Source: an uncultured Candidatus Saccharibacteria bacterium (GTDB taxonomy: Bacteria; Patescibacteriota; Minisyncoccia; Phycocordibacterales; UBA9973). From it: a stretch of DNA of 64,000 nt. This document shows, one piece after another, positions 55,530-64,000 of this stretch (position 1 is the first letter of the stretch; the number at the start of each line of letters is the position of its first letter). Position numbers and translations under genes: made by a program. The DNA lies in the NCBI GenBank assembly GCA_964423445.1, contig CAYREQ010000003.1, positions 821 through 64,820 on the forward strand. Direction: 5' to 3'. The notes under the pieces were generated by a model. That model ran no database searches. It was not told where the DNA came from and worked only from the letters and a program-made list of their open reading frames with translations.

Positions 55530-55949
55530 TTATAATTGTACCTTATTTTCTAAACTAGGCATAATATTTTTTAAATAATATAAAATAGCGACCAATCCCC
55601 CAGATAAATCAAAGAATATATCAGAAACAGAGTCTAATCTATTGGCAACAAACAAATTTTTAACAAAATAGCTGTTTGCAGAGAATTCAAACACCTCCCA
55701 AGAGATTCCTATAAGAAAAACACCCAGCATAATTTTTAAAATAGAGCCTGAAACCTTACCATTTAGTAGATTTTTATAAGATAAAATTAAAATGAGAAAA
55801 AGGCCAGACCAAAACCCACCTAAAAAGTGCATAGGCATATCAAAATACCAAATAGAGTAATACCAATAGAATTTTGTAGCTAAAATCTGTGCAGAGAAAA
55901 GTAAAATAATAAGTGCAATTAAGATTTTTACAAGCTTTCTGGTGTTCAT
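55530..55949 (-). CDS. Membrane protein (VanZ-like metal-binding motifs)
   Basis: D..MHFLGG, WEVFE, DS.SD...D. Confidence 0.65.
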   Translation of the reverse strand: MNTRKLVKILIALIILLFSAQILATKFYWYYSIWYFDMPMHFLGGFWSGLFLILILSYKNLLNGKVSGSILKIMLGVFLIGISWEVFEFSANSYFVKNLFVANRLDSVSDIFFDLSGGLVAILYYLKNIMPSLENKVQL

Positions 55950-55974
55950 TTTGATATTATACAATATTAAAAAA

Positions 55975-56007
55975 GAAAAAACCCGGGACTATACAAAGTC
56001 TCGGGGT
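55975..56007 (-). terminator. Intrinsic terminator of putative 6S RNA
   Basis: Minus strand ccccgagact-ttgtat-agtcccggg-tttttt. Confidence 0.8.
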
Positions 56008-56013
56008 GCTTCT

Positions 56014-56139
56014 TAGGACTATCTCAGATATATTACCATAGCTTTTAAGCTAAGTGGGTGCCAGACGTTTATAACCAAGGCTATAAATGATCGAGGCTCC
56101 CAAAAATTGTTGTCTAGGTAATAACCGGAAATAACCCTA
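56014..56139 (-). ncRNA. ssrS: Putative 6S RNA (compact)
   Basis: Rod fold: TAGGGTTATTT/AGATAGTCCTA, TATTACC/GGTAATA, central bubble, TGGGAGCC/GGCACCCA, apical TTTATAGCC/GGTTATAAA; promoter TTGCAG-16-TATACT; own terminator. Confidence 0.7.
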
Positions 56140-56223
56140 CTAAAAGTATACTCTCTACAAATTTTTCTGCAAGAAAATTTTTAAAAAAACACGAATTAAA
56201 AAGAAAAACAAGTTTGACAAAAA

Positions 56224-56255
56224 AACAAAAGCTCCCTTTTATGGGAGCTTTTGTT
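56224..56255 (-). terminator. Intrinsic terminator after ndk
   Basis: aacaaaagctccc-ttttat-gggagcttttgtt. Confidence 0.85.
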
Positions 56256-56262
56256 AAATTAA

Positions 56263-56778
56263 TTATTTTCTAGTCTGAGTAAACTTTTCGTGAACGTTTT
56301 CGTAGTCAAAAAGTTCATTTTCAGCAAACCAATGTGCTATTTCTAGTTTTGCTTCAGCGCTATCTCCAGAAGCATGCAAGATGTTTGGTAGACCTATTCC
56401 TTGCTCATCTGCATGAGCAAAACTCATATGAGAATAATCACCTCTGATTGTACCTGGTTGTGCACTTTTTGATTCTGTAGGACCTACCATTTTACGAACG
56501 ACAGCCACTGCATCTATACCTTCTAATACGATAGCTATGACAGGTGCACCTTGCATCATTTCTACTGTAGTATCAAATATCTTTTGACCATGACGAGTTA
56601 TCATAGTACCTATACCTTCGTAGTGCTGATGAAAAAATTCAGTATTTGGTTGTAGCATCTTTGTGCCGACAATCTTTAGACCGACTTTTTCAAATCTTGA
56701 TAATATTTCACCTACTATGCCACGGCTGACAGAGTCAGGCTTGAAAACTATTAGTGTTCTTTCTTGTTGTTTTTTCAT
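56263..56778 (-). CDS. ndk: Nucleoside diphosphate kinase
   Basis: ERTL..FKPD, PGTIRGD, NILHAS. Confidence 0.95.
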   Translation of the reverse strand: MKKQQERTLIVFKPDSVSRGIVGEILSRFEKVGLKIVGTKMLQPNTEFFHQHYEGIGTMITRHGQKIFDTTVEMMQGAPVIAIVLEGIDAVAVVRKMVGPTESKSAQPGTIRGDYSHMSFAHADEQGIGLPNILHASGDSAEAKLEIAHWFAENELFDYENVHEKFTQTRK

Positions 56779-56817
56779 ATGTAGCTATATTAACAGAAAA
56801 AACCACCCTTGTAAAAT

Positions 56818-57399
56818 CTACTTTTTTACCATTCCTTCAAAAGTTATTGAGGAATATTCCCTAACATTAAATCCATAAATCTTATAGACACTCCCTGCTG
56901 TGCCTATGACACCAGCTTCGGGGTCGAGCCCGAGCTCTTTCGCTCCGATTTTTACTTTTTCATACGATGTTGATTCTATTTCCAAGTAAGTAGGAATAAA
57001 AGGCCAAAAATCTATATCAAAAACTACATCTCCTTTTGTGTAACGTATTCTTTTATTTTTCTCTACTTTATCTTCTATAAGACCCATGGCTTTCATCATC
57101 TGACAAGTTCTTTCGTAATTATCTACTATTATTTCTATTTCATTCATACCGATGTTTTTCATTTCACCATCTTCTGTTTTTTCTTTTATACTTTTTTTAA
57201 ATGTTAATGTGGTCTCTTGGCCGTCTGTTCTTACTCTCATCCATCCATCTCTGCCGCCTACATGATTTTCAGTAAAATAAAAAATGGTGCGAGTATAATC
57301 ATACTCCCCTGTTTTAGTCGCCCCTATTTCTAATAGTTTCTTTTCTAAACTAGGTACATCAACTTCTAAAAATTTTATTTCAAATTCTTCGTTGTTCAT
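56818..57399 (-). CDS. CYTH-domain protein
   Basis: EFEIKF, MRVR, LTFK, EIE, YLEIE. Confidence 0.85.
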   Translation of the reverse strand: MNNEEFEIKFLEVDVPSLEKKLLEIGATKTGEYDYTRTIFYFTENHVGGRDGWMRVRTDGQETTLTFKKSIKEKTEDGEMKNIGMNEIEIIVDNYERTCQMMKAMGLIEDKVEKNKRIRYTKGDVVFDIDFWPFIPTYLEIESTSYEKVKIGAKELGLDPEAGVIGTAGSVYKIYGFNVREYSSITFEGMVKK

Positions 57400-60170
57400 T
57401 AATCCATCGTCTGATATCTGCTCATAATCTCGGCTTCCACTTCAGCTCTATCACGACCAAATTTTATATAAGATAGCTCTTTTAGACTATCTACTATGTC
57501 AGGATTCCCGCGCTCTGGAGCTATGGTCTTTATATTAAATGGTTTTGTGGGCTGACCTTTTACCAGCATACTCATGTAGGCATTGTAATTGTCTAGCTTG
57601 GTTATATCTTTGGCTGTAAATTGAGGTTTGAATTTTGGCTCAAGAAATGTGGCATCCTCTGTACCAACTCGAAAGACAGCCATAGAACCTACGTTTCCAA
57701 ATACAGAATTTTTTATTTTTTCATCCAATTGTTTTATATACTGGTGAGCTATGTTCAATGAGAGTCTATATTTACGGGCTTCAGATAATATAGAAGATAT
57801 AGAGTCTGTGGTGACATTTTGGAATTCATCTATATATAGATAAAAATCATTCATTGGTTTACCAAACATATCTACGCGAGAAAGTGCAGCCATCTGAATT
57901 TTTCCTACCAAAACCAAACCAATAAGGTTCGCATTTATATCACCGAGGCGACCCTTTGATAGATTTACTAAAAGTATCTTCTTTTCATCCATTATCTTTC
58001 TAAAATTGAAAACAGAATTTTGCTGAAGCACCACTGGACGCATGATATCGTTACTAATAAAGTTATCAAACTTTGAGGAAATATACGGCACAAAGTTTGC
58101 GAGACTCTGATCCCCTGTCGTCTGCTCTGCGTTTATCCAAAATTGTTTTATAATTGGATTTTTACAACGAGCTAACTTCATGTCACGAAATTCTTTGTCT
58201 CCTAAAACTCTAGTAATTTCTAGAAGGGTTGAACCAGATTCTGGGTCTTCCATCACAAGAAAAGCACTATTTCTAAAATATTGTTCGAACATCGCACCTC
58301 CTCCTATCTTCATATCAAAAAGTTTATTGAAAATACCCATTAGTTCATTTACTACAAAAGTTTTCTGTTCTGGGTATTTTGGATCATACTCGAGCATGTT
58401 TAATCCCATTGGACGAGATGTGTAAGCTGGGTCAAAATAAATCACATCATCTATTCGCTCTTTTGGTATACGAGAAAGTATGGTCTGTATGTCTGTGCCA
58501 TGAGGGTCTATATAACAACAGCCATCTCCATTTTTTATATCTTGAGTTATCATGTTCAGCATGATATTTGTCTTACCTGTTCCAGTCTGACCGATGACAT
58601 AAAAATGCCTCATTCTATCTTCACGTGCCATCTTTATTTCTGTGTCTTTGCCTCGGTAACTATTTATACCGAGAGTAATACCATCATGGCCTATCTCTAT
58701 AGGTGCTGGGGCTATACCAGCCTTAGCTTCTTTTAATTGTGGCTGGCTACCTATGCCGACTGGAAAATGAAATACCGAAGCAAGCTCTTTTAAATTCATC
58801 GGTAATATTTTTTCAGGAGAAAAAGAGCGGAAAGAATAATCATGGAAAAGTTTCTTCAAATCATGACCATGCATTTCTTCAAATACAAAAGAATTACTAG
58901 CTGCTTCGGAAAACTGATTAAAAGAAGACTCTATTTCTTTTAAAATGGCCTGGGCTCGCTCACGTGTCTCCCCTGAAGCTATCACTCGGATATTTGCTTT
59001 CATGATACTGCTCTTTATTTTATTGCCTATTTTTTCTACAGCACCTTCGTCTACAGAGCGCCTGCCTCGCATGTATTTATCTTTGTTTTTTACTTCAGGG
59101 TCTCTAGTTTTTTCACCAAATATCAAATGCTTGGCTACTTTTTTAAAGCCTTTACTCCATTTATAAAAATTATCAGATGCATTTTTTACAGAATAACCGT
59201 CTTTGACATCATCAAGAATTTTATGAAACTCTGTTATAAATTTGTCTCCAGCTGGAGCGACCACGAGTTGTATCGCTGCACCTTCGCCTTCTGTCTGAAG
59301 TTTTGAGAATACATTTAGTATTGTATTCATTGGATCATGGTCTATGTGATCATAAGTCTTTATAGGTAAGACTCCACGCTCGGTAAAAGATGCATATGCT
59401 CCAGCCGAACCACCGTCTGGGTTGAAAATATTATAATCATCTGTCACTTCGTGAACTTTTGCATGGTGATAAAAAGCCAAGACTTGTTTTTCAAAAAGTG
59501 TTATATGTTTGTTTGGCACGCCGGCATACACCACGACTTGATCTGTTTGGTTGCTAAGTGCAATCTCTAAAGTAAAATAAATTTCATCTCTATTAAATCT
59601 GTCAGTGGCTATGGACTGCATACCAGCATAAAATTGCTCCATAGCACCTATAAATTCTTTAAAGCCTTTTGATTTGTCAGCTTCATCAGTAGGAGGTGGC
59701 AGAGTAATCTCAAACAAAGTCATATTTAGAGATTTATAAAGTGGTGTGCCCTCTTTAAAATCACTTACAAATTGTCCTGTTTTTAAATATTGAACAAGCA
59801 GTCTATGAAAATCATCATCTATGTGCGGACTATTCATTCCTTCCACTACTTCAAGTGCATTTTTTATACCTCTAGTTATCACGATTCCCAGGAGCTCTTC
59901 CATTATTACATCGTGTGATTCTGGTTTGAGTGCTAAGACAATATTTTCTTTTTCACTTTTTTCAATTCTATTACTAGGATGAACAGCATTTTCTATCGGA
60001 ATATTTCTATAAGCTCCTACTACTTCTTTGGCTGCATCATCTCCTGCATGTTCAAAGTGGCCGGTCTCAATCAAGTCTGCTTCTCTTTTTGCCACATGCG
60101 CACGCAAATAATTTAGCTCCTCTTCTGGAGACTTAAATTTTGGCATTTCCTTGAAAAAGGATGGTTCCAT
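57399..60170 (-). CDS. VirD4/TraD-like coupling ATPase (HerA/FtsK superfamily)
   Basis: RH.YVIGQTGTGKT, IDPHG, LYIDEFQN, LSEARKY.L.L..AHQY. Confidence 0.85.
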   Translation of the reverse strand: MEPSFFKEMPKFKSPEEELNYLRAHVAKREADLIETGHFEHAGDDAAKEVVGAYRNIPIENAVHPSNRIEKSEKENIVLALKPESHDVIMEELLGIVITRGIKNALEVVEGMNSPHIDDDFHRLLVQYLKTGQFVSDFKEGTPLYKSLNMTLFEITLPPPTDEADKSKGFKEFIGAMEQFYAGMQSIATDRFNRDEIYFTLEIALSNQTDQVVVYAGVPNKHITLFEKQVLAFYHHAKVHEVTDDYNIFNPDGGSAGAYASFTERGVLPIKTYDHIDHDPMNTILNVFSKLQTEGEGAAIQLVVAPAGDKFITEFHKILDDVKDGYSVKNASDNFYKWSKGFKKVAKHLIFGEKTRDPEVKNKDKYMRGRRSVDEGAVEKIGNKIKSSIMKANIRVIASGETRERAQAILKEIESSFNQFSEAASNSFVFEEMHGHDLKKLFHDYSFRSFSPEKILPMNLKELASVFHFPVGIGSQPQLKEAKAGIAPAPIEIGHDGITLGINSYRGKDTEIKMAREDRMRHFYVIGQTGTGKTNIMLNMITQDIKNGDGCCYIDPHGTDIQTILSRIPKERIDDVIYFDPAYTSRPMGLNMLEYDPKYPEQKTFVVNELMGIFNKLFDMKIGGGAMFEQYFRNSAFLVMEDPESGSTLLEITRVLGDKEFRDMKLARCKNPIIKQFWINAEQTTGDQSLANFVPYISSKFDNFISNDIMRPVVLQQNSVFNFRKIMDEKKILLVNLSKGRLGDINANLIGLVLVGKIQMAALSRVDMFGKPMNDFYLYIDEFQNVTTDSISSILSEARKYRLSLNIAHQYIKQLDEKIKNSVFGNVGSMAVFRVGTEDATFLEPKFKPQFTAKDITKLDNYNAYMSMLVKGQPTKPFNIKTIAPERGNPDIVDSLKELSYIKFGRDRAEVEAEIMSRYQTMD

Positions 60171-60202
60171 TAATATAAGTATACAACAAAAATAAAATTT
60201 TC

Positions 60203-60979
60203 TTAAATTTTTGTCAGGATTTCTGGGTCACCGTCAGTGATGAGAATAGTGTGTTCAAAATGTGCGCTTCTTTTTCCATCATCTGTGTGAAAAGTGTAGC
60301 CATCATTTTGTAGTGATACATGTTTTGTACCATTATTTAGCATCGGCTCTATGGCCAAGACCATGCCTGGTACAAGCTTTGCACCCATGCCGACTTTACC
60401 GAAATTTGGCACAAATGGATCTTCGTGAATCTTTACACCTACTCCATGCCCAGCCAAGACTTCTACAATGCCATACTTACTGCCTTTCTTTCCCTTCACA
60501 AAACTTTCTATAGCGTGGCCTATGTCCCCTGTTCTATTTCCCGCTCGTGCAGAATCTATACCCACCATGAGCGCACGCTCTGTGGTATCTAAAAGTTTTT
60601 TATCTCCATTACTTATTTCTCCGACAGGCACAGTGATTGCCATGTCTGTAAAAAGCCCTTTATGTTTTATTACTAAATCTATAGAAACAATATCTCCTTC
60701 TTTTAAAATTCTTTTTATATTTGGTATACCATGGACAACTTCATTATTTACAGAGACACAAAGCGTAGCTGGAAAAGGAATACTCGCTCCTTCTGGTTGA
60801 TAATTTAAAAGAGCTGGCTCATCACCCATATCACGGATTAGTTTTTCAGCATATTTATCCAAATCTTTTGTAGAAACTCCAGGTGCTACCATATCTCGTA
60901 CTTTATAAAGCACGGTAGCCAAACGTTTACCACATTCTCGTAGTATTTCTATTTGTTCTGGTGTTTTTATTATTATCAT
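60203..60979 (-). CDS. map: Methionine aminopeptidase
   Basis: SVNNEVVHGIP, GHGVG..IHEDP, AIEPM, SAHFEHT. Confidence 0.96.
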   Translation of the reverse strand: MIIIKTPEQIEILRECGKRLATVLYKVRDMVAPGVSTKDLDKYAEKLIRDMGDEPALLNYQPEGASIPFPATLCVSVNNEVVHGIPNIKRILKEGDIVSIDLVIKHKGLFTDMAITVPVGEISNGDKKLLDTTERALMVGIDSARAGNRTGDIGHAIESFVKGKKGSKYGIVEVLAGHGVGVKIHEDPFVPNFGKVGMGAKLVPGMVLAIEPMLNNGTKHVSLQNDGYTFHTDDGKRSAHFEHTILITDGDPEILTKI

Positions 60980-60980
60980 A

Positions 60981-61667
60981 TTAAGAGATTATCGTACCAG
61001 CAAACTTTTCACCATTTAAGCATTTTGCCAAATTATCTATCGGCTTGCCGTTCATAATCACAACTTCTATCCCTGCCTCCTCTGCATCTTTAGATGCAAT
61101 AGGATCAAATGGGGAATTTAGTCTTGCTGTCCATTCACTTGGGATAATTTTTCTATACTCATCCCATGAAAGTGATTCTAGTTTTTTAGCATTTGGATTT
61201 GTTCTTGGGTCAGAATCGTATACGTAATCGGTATTTGATAAATTAATTATTTTTTTTGCACCAAGATTTTTTGCCGCTTCTACTGCGTCCCAGTCTGTAC
61301 TTTTACCAGGTTCGTGAGCCGCGCCAATTACTATAGGTTTTTCAAAAACAAAAGGCATAGCTAAATTATCAATTACCTTGTCATGGCTATACCCTGTAAA
61401 AGAAACTCGCAATAGTTGAGCATTTAATCTAAGCGCAGCAATTCCAATCCAATCCAAATCATCATTTGATGGATTTTCTGTGAGCTCTTTCGCTGCCATA
61501 TTATAACGAGTATTTACTTTTCCACCACCAGTTATGATTACAAACTTTTTACCATTTGCGACTTGTGACAAAATTAATTTTTTAAAATCTTTTAAAAAAT
61601 CTATATCTAACTCATTTGGAATAATAAGTGAGCCTCCCAGTGAAATTATGATTGTTTCTTCGTTCAT
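60981..61667 (-). CDS. pyrH: UMP kinase (archaeal-type)
   Basis: SLGGS, ITGGG, D.IGI.A.RLNA, PG.STD..A, VYDSDP, PFDP.A. Confidence 0.88.
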   Translation of the reverse strand: MNEETIIISLGGSLIIPNELDIDFLKDFKKLILSQVANGKKFVIITGGGKVNTRYNMAAKELTENPSNDDLDWIGIAALRLNAQLLRVSFTGYSHDKVIDNLAMPFVFEKPIVIGAAHEPGKSTDWDAVEAAKNLGAKKIINLSNTDYVYDSDPRTNPNAKKLESLSWDEYRKIIPSEWTARLNSPFDPIASKDAEEAGIEVVIMNGKPIDNLAKCLNGEKFAGTIIS

Positions 61668-61668
61668 A

Positions 61669-62262
61669 TTAATTAAAATTAAGCGCCTTTATAATATCTT
61701 TATGAACGTCTTCCACTGATTGTTCACCATTTATTGTATATATAGTATAACCAGCCTTATCTTTAAAATAATTCATCGCTGGTACTACGTTGTTTACATA
61801 TTCATCGAATCTTTTCTTGAGTCCTTCTGGGGTGTCGTCTGTCCTACCTCGAAGCAAATTTCTCTTCATGGCTTCAGCTTCACTCAATTCAATGTAGATT
61901 ATTTTTACATCTTCTCTTTTATAAAAAGATATTTTTTCTTCAAAAAACTTTGCTTGAAATACTGTCCTTGGATAACCGTCAAAAATTACATGCTTTTCAC
62001 CTGTGATCTCTATCTCCATAGCATTTGAGACAAGCTTGTTTGTCTCTTCGTCCGGCATTAATTTTCCAGAATTTAAAATATCTTGGACTCTCTTTGTATC
62101 TTCATTTGTATCTGTAGAATTAGCAATCTTTCGAAAAATTTCCCCTGTACCTATATAGACGCAACTACCCCCTTCTTTTTTAAGAAAGTCTTGCAATAGA
62201 GCTACCTGTGTCCCCTTGCCTGAGCCTACTATTCCAAAAAATACGAAAGTTTGCATTTGCAT
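61669..62262 (-). CDS. adk: Adenylate kinase (short, lidless type)
   Basis: GSGKGTQ, TGEIFR, G.LMPD, DGYPRT..QA, R.R.DD; secY-adk-map synteny. Confidence 0.9.
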   Translation of the reverse strand: MQMQTFVFFGIVGSGKGTQVALLQDFLKKEGGSCVYIGTGEIFRKIANSTDTNEDTKRVQDILNSGKLMPDEETNKLVSNAMEIEITGEKHVIFDGYPRTVFQAKFFEEKISFYKREDVKIIYIELSEAEAMKRNLLRGRTDDTPEGLKKRFDEYVNNVVPAMNYFKDKAGYTIYTINGEQSVEDVHKDIIKALNFN

Positions 62263-62320
62263 ATAGTAACAATAACGAATTTATGCTTAAAAATCAACCT
62301 TATGCTATAATCCAAACAAC

Positions 62321-62890
62321 ATGGAAAAGAAACAAATTATAACAATATGTGGGGGGCTCGGTAGTGGTAAATCTAGCACAGCAAAAATGGTGGCAGAGCA
62401 ATTGGGCTTTGAACACTTTTCTTCTGGTGATTTCTTTAGACAAGTAGGGCTAGAACTCGGACTATCTATAAATGAACTAAATAAAAGAGCAGAGACAGAC
62501 ACAAAAATAGATGAGATGACAGATGAAAAACTCCGAGGCATGCGAAATAGTACAAAAGTAGTCATAGACTCTCGCACTGCTTTTCACTGGATACCAGAAT
62601 CTTTTAAAGTATATTTAGACCTACCGGTAGAAATAGCTAAAGACAGAGTCTTAAACAGCTTGAAAGAAAACAAGCTCCGACAACAAAGCGAAAATTCTAC
62701 GACCATAGAAGAAGTCTACGGGAAAATGATAGAAAGATTTGATAGTGAGCAAAAGAGATATTGGGATTTATATAAGATAAACAATAAAGATATGTCTCAG
62801 TATGACTTAATAGTAGACACAAATAAAAACAACCTGCGTGAGGTTGTTAATATCATAGTTTCAAACTATAAAAAGTGGATAGAAAATTAG
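62321..62890 (+). CDS. cmk: Cytidylate kinase (archaeal-type)
   Basis: ITICGGLGSGKSSTA, SSG.FFR, ID...D, VIDSR, R..SE.KRY..LY, YDLIVDT. Confidence 0.85.
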   Translation: MEKKQIITICGGLGSGKSSTAKMVAEQLGFEHFSSGDFFRQVGLELGLSINELNKRAETDTKIDEMTDEKLRGMRNSTKVVIDSRTAFHWIPESFKVYLDLPVEIAKDRVLNSLKENKLRQQSENSTTIEEVYGKMIERFDSEQKRYWDLYKINNKDMSQYDLIVDTNKNNLREVVNIIVSNYKKWIEN

Positions 62891-64000
62891 TATTCTCTCA
62901 TAGACACTTGCGCGTCTACTTTTTTCATTAGATCTAGAACTACAGAGACTACGATGAGGACAGAAGTACCTCCTATCGCTAGAGAAGAAATACCTGTGAT
63001 GTGTTGCATGATTATAGGTAATACAGCTATAAAGCCCAAGAATACTGCTCCAAGTAGCGTGATGCGAGTAAGCACGTGTGAGATGTAATTTGAAGTAGAA
63101 ACTCCTGGACGGACACCTGGAATAAATGCACCGTTTTTCTGAAGATTTGTAGAAAGAGCTTCAGGGTCAAATGTCACTGCAGTGTAGAAGTAAGTAAATA
63201 GGAATACCAATACAAAGTATAGTACTGCATAAAGCACAGTAGTGTTATTAAACTTCAACAAAAATGCAGAAACTTTTAAAACAATAGGGTGGCTCAATTT
63301 AGACAAGACAGTACCAATCATTTGTGGGAAAGATAATATAGCCAAACCGAAGATTATTGGAATAACTCCTGCTTGGTTTACACGTAGTGGAAGATATGTA
63401 GAGCCTCCACCATACATCTTCATACCACGGACACGTTTTGCATAAGTGACAGGTATAGGGCGTTCAGCTTCAGTGACGAGCACGATAGCTGCTATGATTA
63501 TAAGACCAGCCACCAAGAAACCAATGTAAAGTGGAGCTTGTGATGCATCAAAAGTAAATAGAAGCTGACTGACTTTTGCAGGAAGAGCAGACACGATACC
63601 AGCAAAGATTATAAGTGATACACCATTACCGATACCAAATTCTGATACTAGCTCACCTAGCCACATAAGTAATACTGAACCAGCTATGACGATAAATAGG
63701 TTCACAATTCTATCAAAACTTGTAAGATCTACTAAGATACCTTGATTCTCTAATATAGATAAAAGTGCAAAGCCTTGAATACCTGCAAGTGGAATAGTAA
63801 GAAGTCTAGAGTATTGAGTAAATCTCTTTCGTCCTGCCTCCCCTTCCTCGTGGTAAATTCTCTTTAAAGCAGGGACCATGATAGTGAGAAGTTGCATGAT
63901 GATTGAACCAGTAATGTATGGACCAACACCGAGCATGATTATAGATAAATTAGTTAGCCCTCCTCCAGAGAATATGTTTAATATCCCTAGAAATTGATTG
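62887..64000 (-). CDS. secY: Preprotein translocase subunit SecY (5' end outside window)
   Basis: LGVGPYIT.SII.QLL, GIGNGVSLIIF, AGVIPIIF, FIPGVRPG, GGTS.LIVV. Confidence 0.97.
   Translation of the reverse strand, partial: NQFLGILNIFSGGGLTNLSIIMLGVGPYITGSIIMQLLTIMVPALKRIYHEEGEAGRKRFTQYSRLLTIPLAGIQGFALLSILENQGILVDLTSFDRIVNLFIVIAGSVLLMWLGELVSEFGIGNGVSLIIFAGIVSALPAKVSQLLFTFDASQAPLYIGFLVAGLIIIAAIVLVTEAERPIPVTYAKRVRGMKMYGGGSTYLPLRVNQAGVIPIIFGLAILSFPQMIGTVLSKLSHPIVLKVSAFLLKFNNTTVLYAVLYFVLVFLFTYFYTAVTFDPEALSTNLQKNGAFIPGVRPGVSTSNYISHVLTRITLLGAVFLGFIAVLPIIMQHITGISSLAIGGTSVLIVVSVVLDLMKKVDAQVSMREY

Noticed and set aside
57399-60170. Integrative conjugative element
   Set aside because: No relaxase, VirB4, integrase or att repeats; flanked by core genes
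1-64000. CRISPR array, prophage, IS element, rRNA, recoded stop codons
   Set aside because: No spaced direct-repeat array, cas, phage or transposase genes, or rRNA-like sequence seen by eye; TGA ends intact genes (smpB, recG, prfB), so the standard code applies

Overview
Low-GC, gene-dense, standard-code chromosome segment whose gene content and short or leaderless genes point to a CPR/Patescibacteria (Parcubacteria-like) bacterium; the taxonomy is inferred from the sequence. Housekeeping content: pyk (partial), gpmA, msrA, secG, rnj, pyrG, ftsEX, prfB, recG, ftsH, smpB plus tmRNA, infC-rpmI-rplT, ndk, map, pyrH, adk, cmk, secY (partial) and six tRNAs. The most notable system is a two-locus cobalamin (B12) scavenging and use module. 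Locus 1 is a cobalamin riboswitch with an attenuator upstream of two exported DUF4430 proteins, one of which is a permuted transcobalamin-like DUF4430 + alpha/alpha-barrel fusion. Locus 2 is an operon of a solitary ECF S-component-like gene, a class II ribonucleotide reductase and a PduO adenosyltransferase. Other highlights: an AT-rich R-M island (two MTases, a two-active-site endonuclease and an extra small nuclease) bracketed by duplicated YgjP-like genes; a pyruvate kinase lacking its B (lid) domain; a compact 6S-like RNA; tRNA-Ile(UAU); a minimal nucleotidyltransferase starting 3 nt after tRNA-Asp; a shortened RF2; a pilin/membrane protein/degenerate CarS operon; unannotated paralogous membrane microproteins; and REP-like palindromes. 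All calls come from motif recognition by eye, with no database searches.
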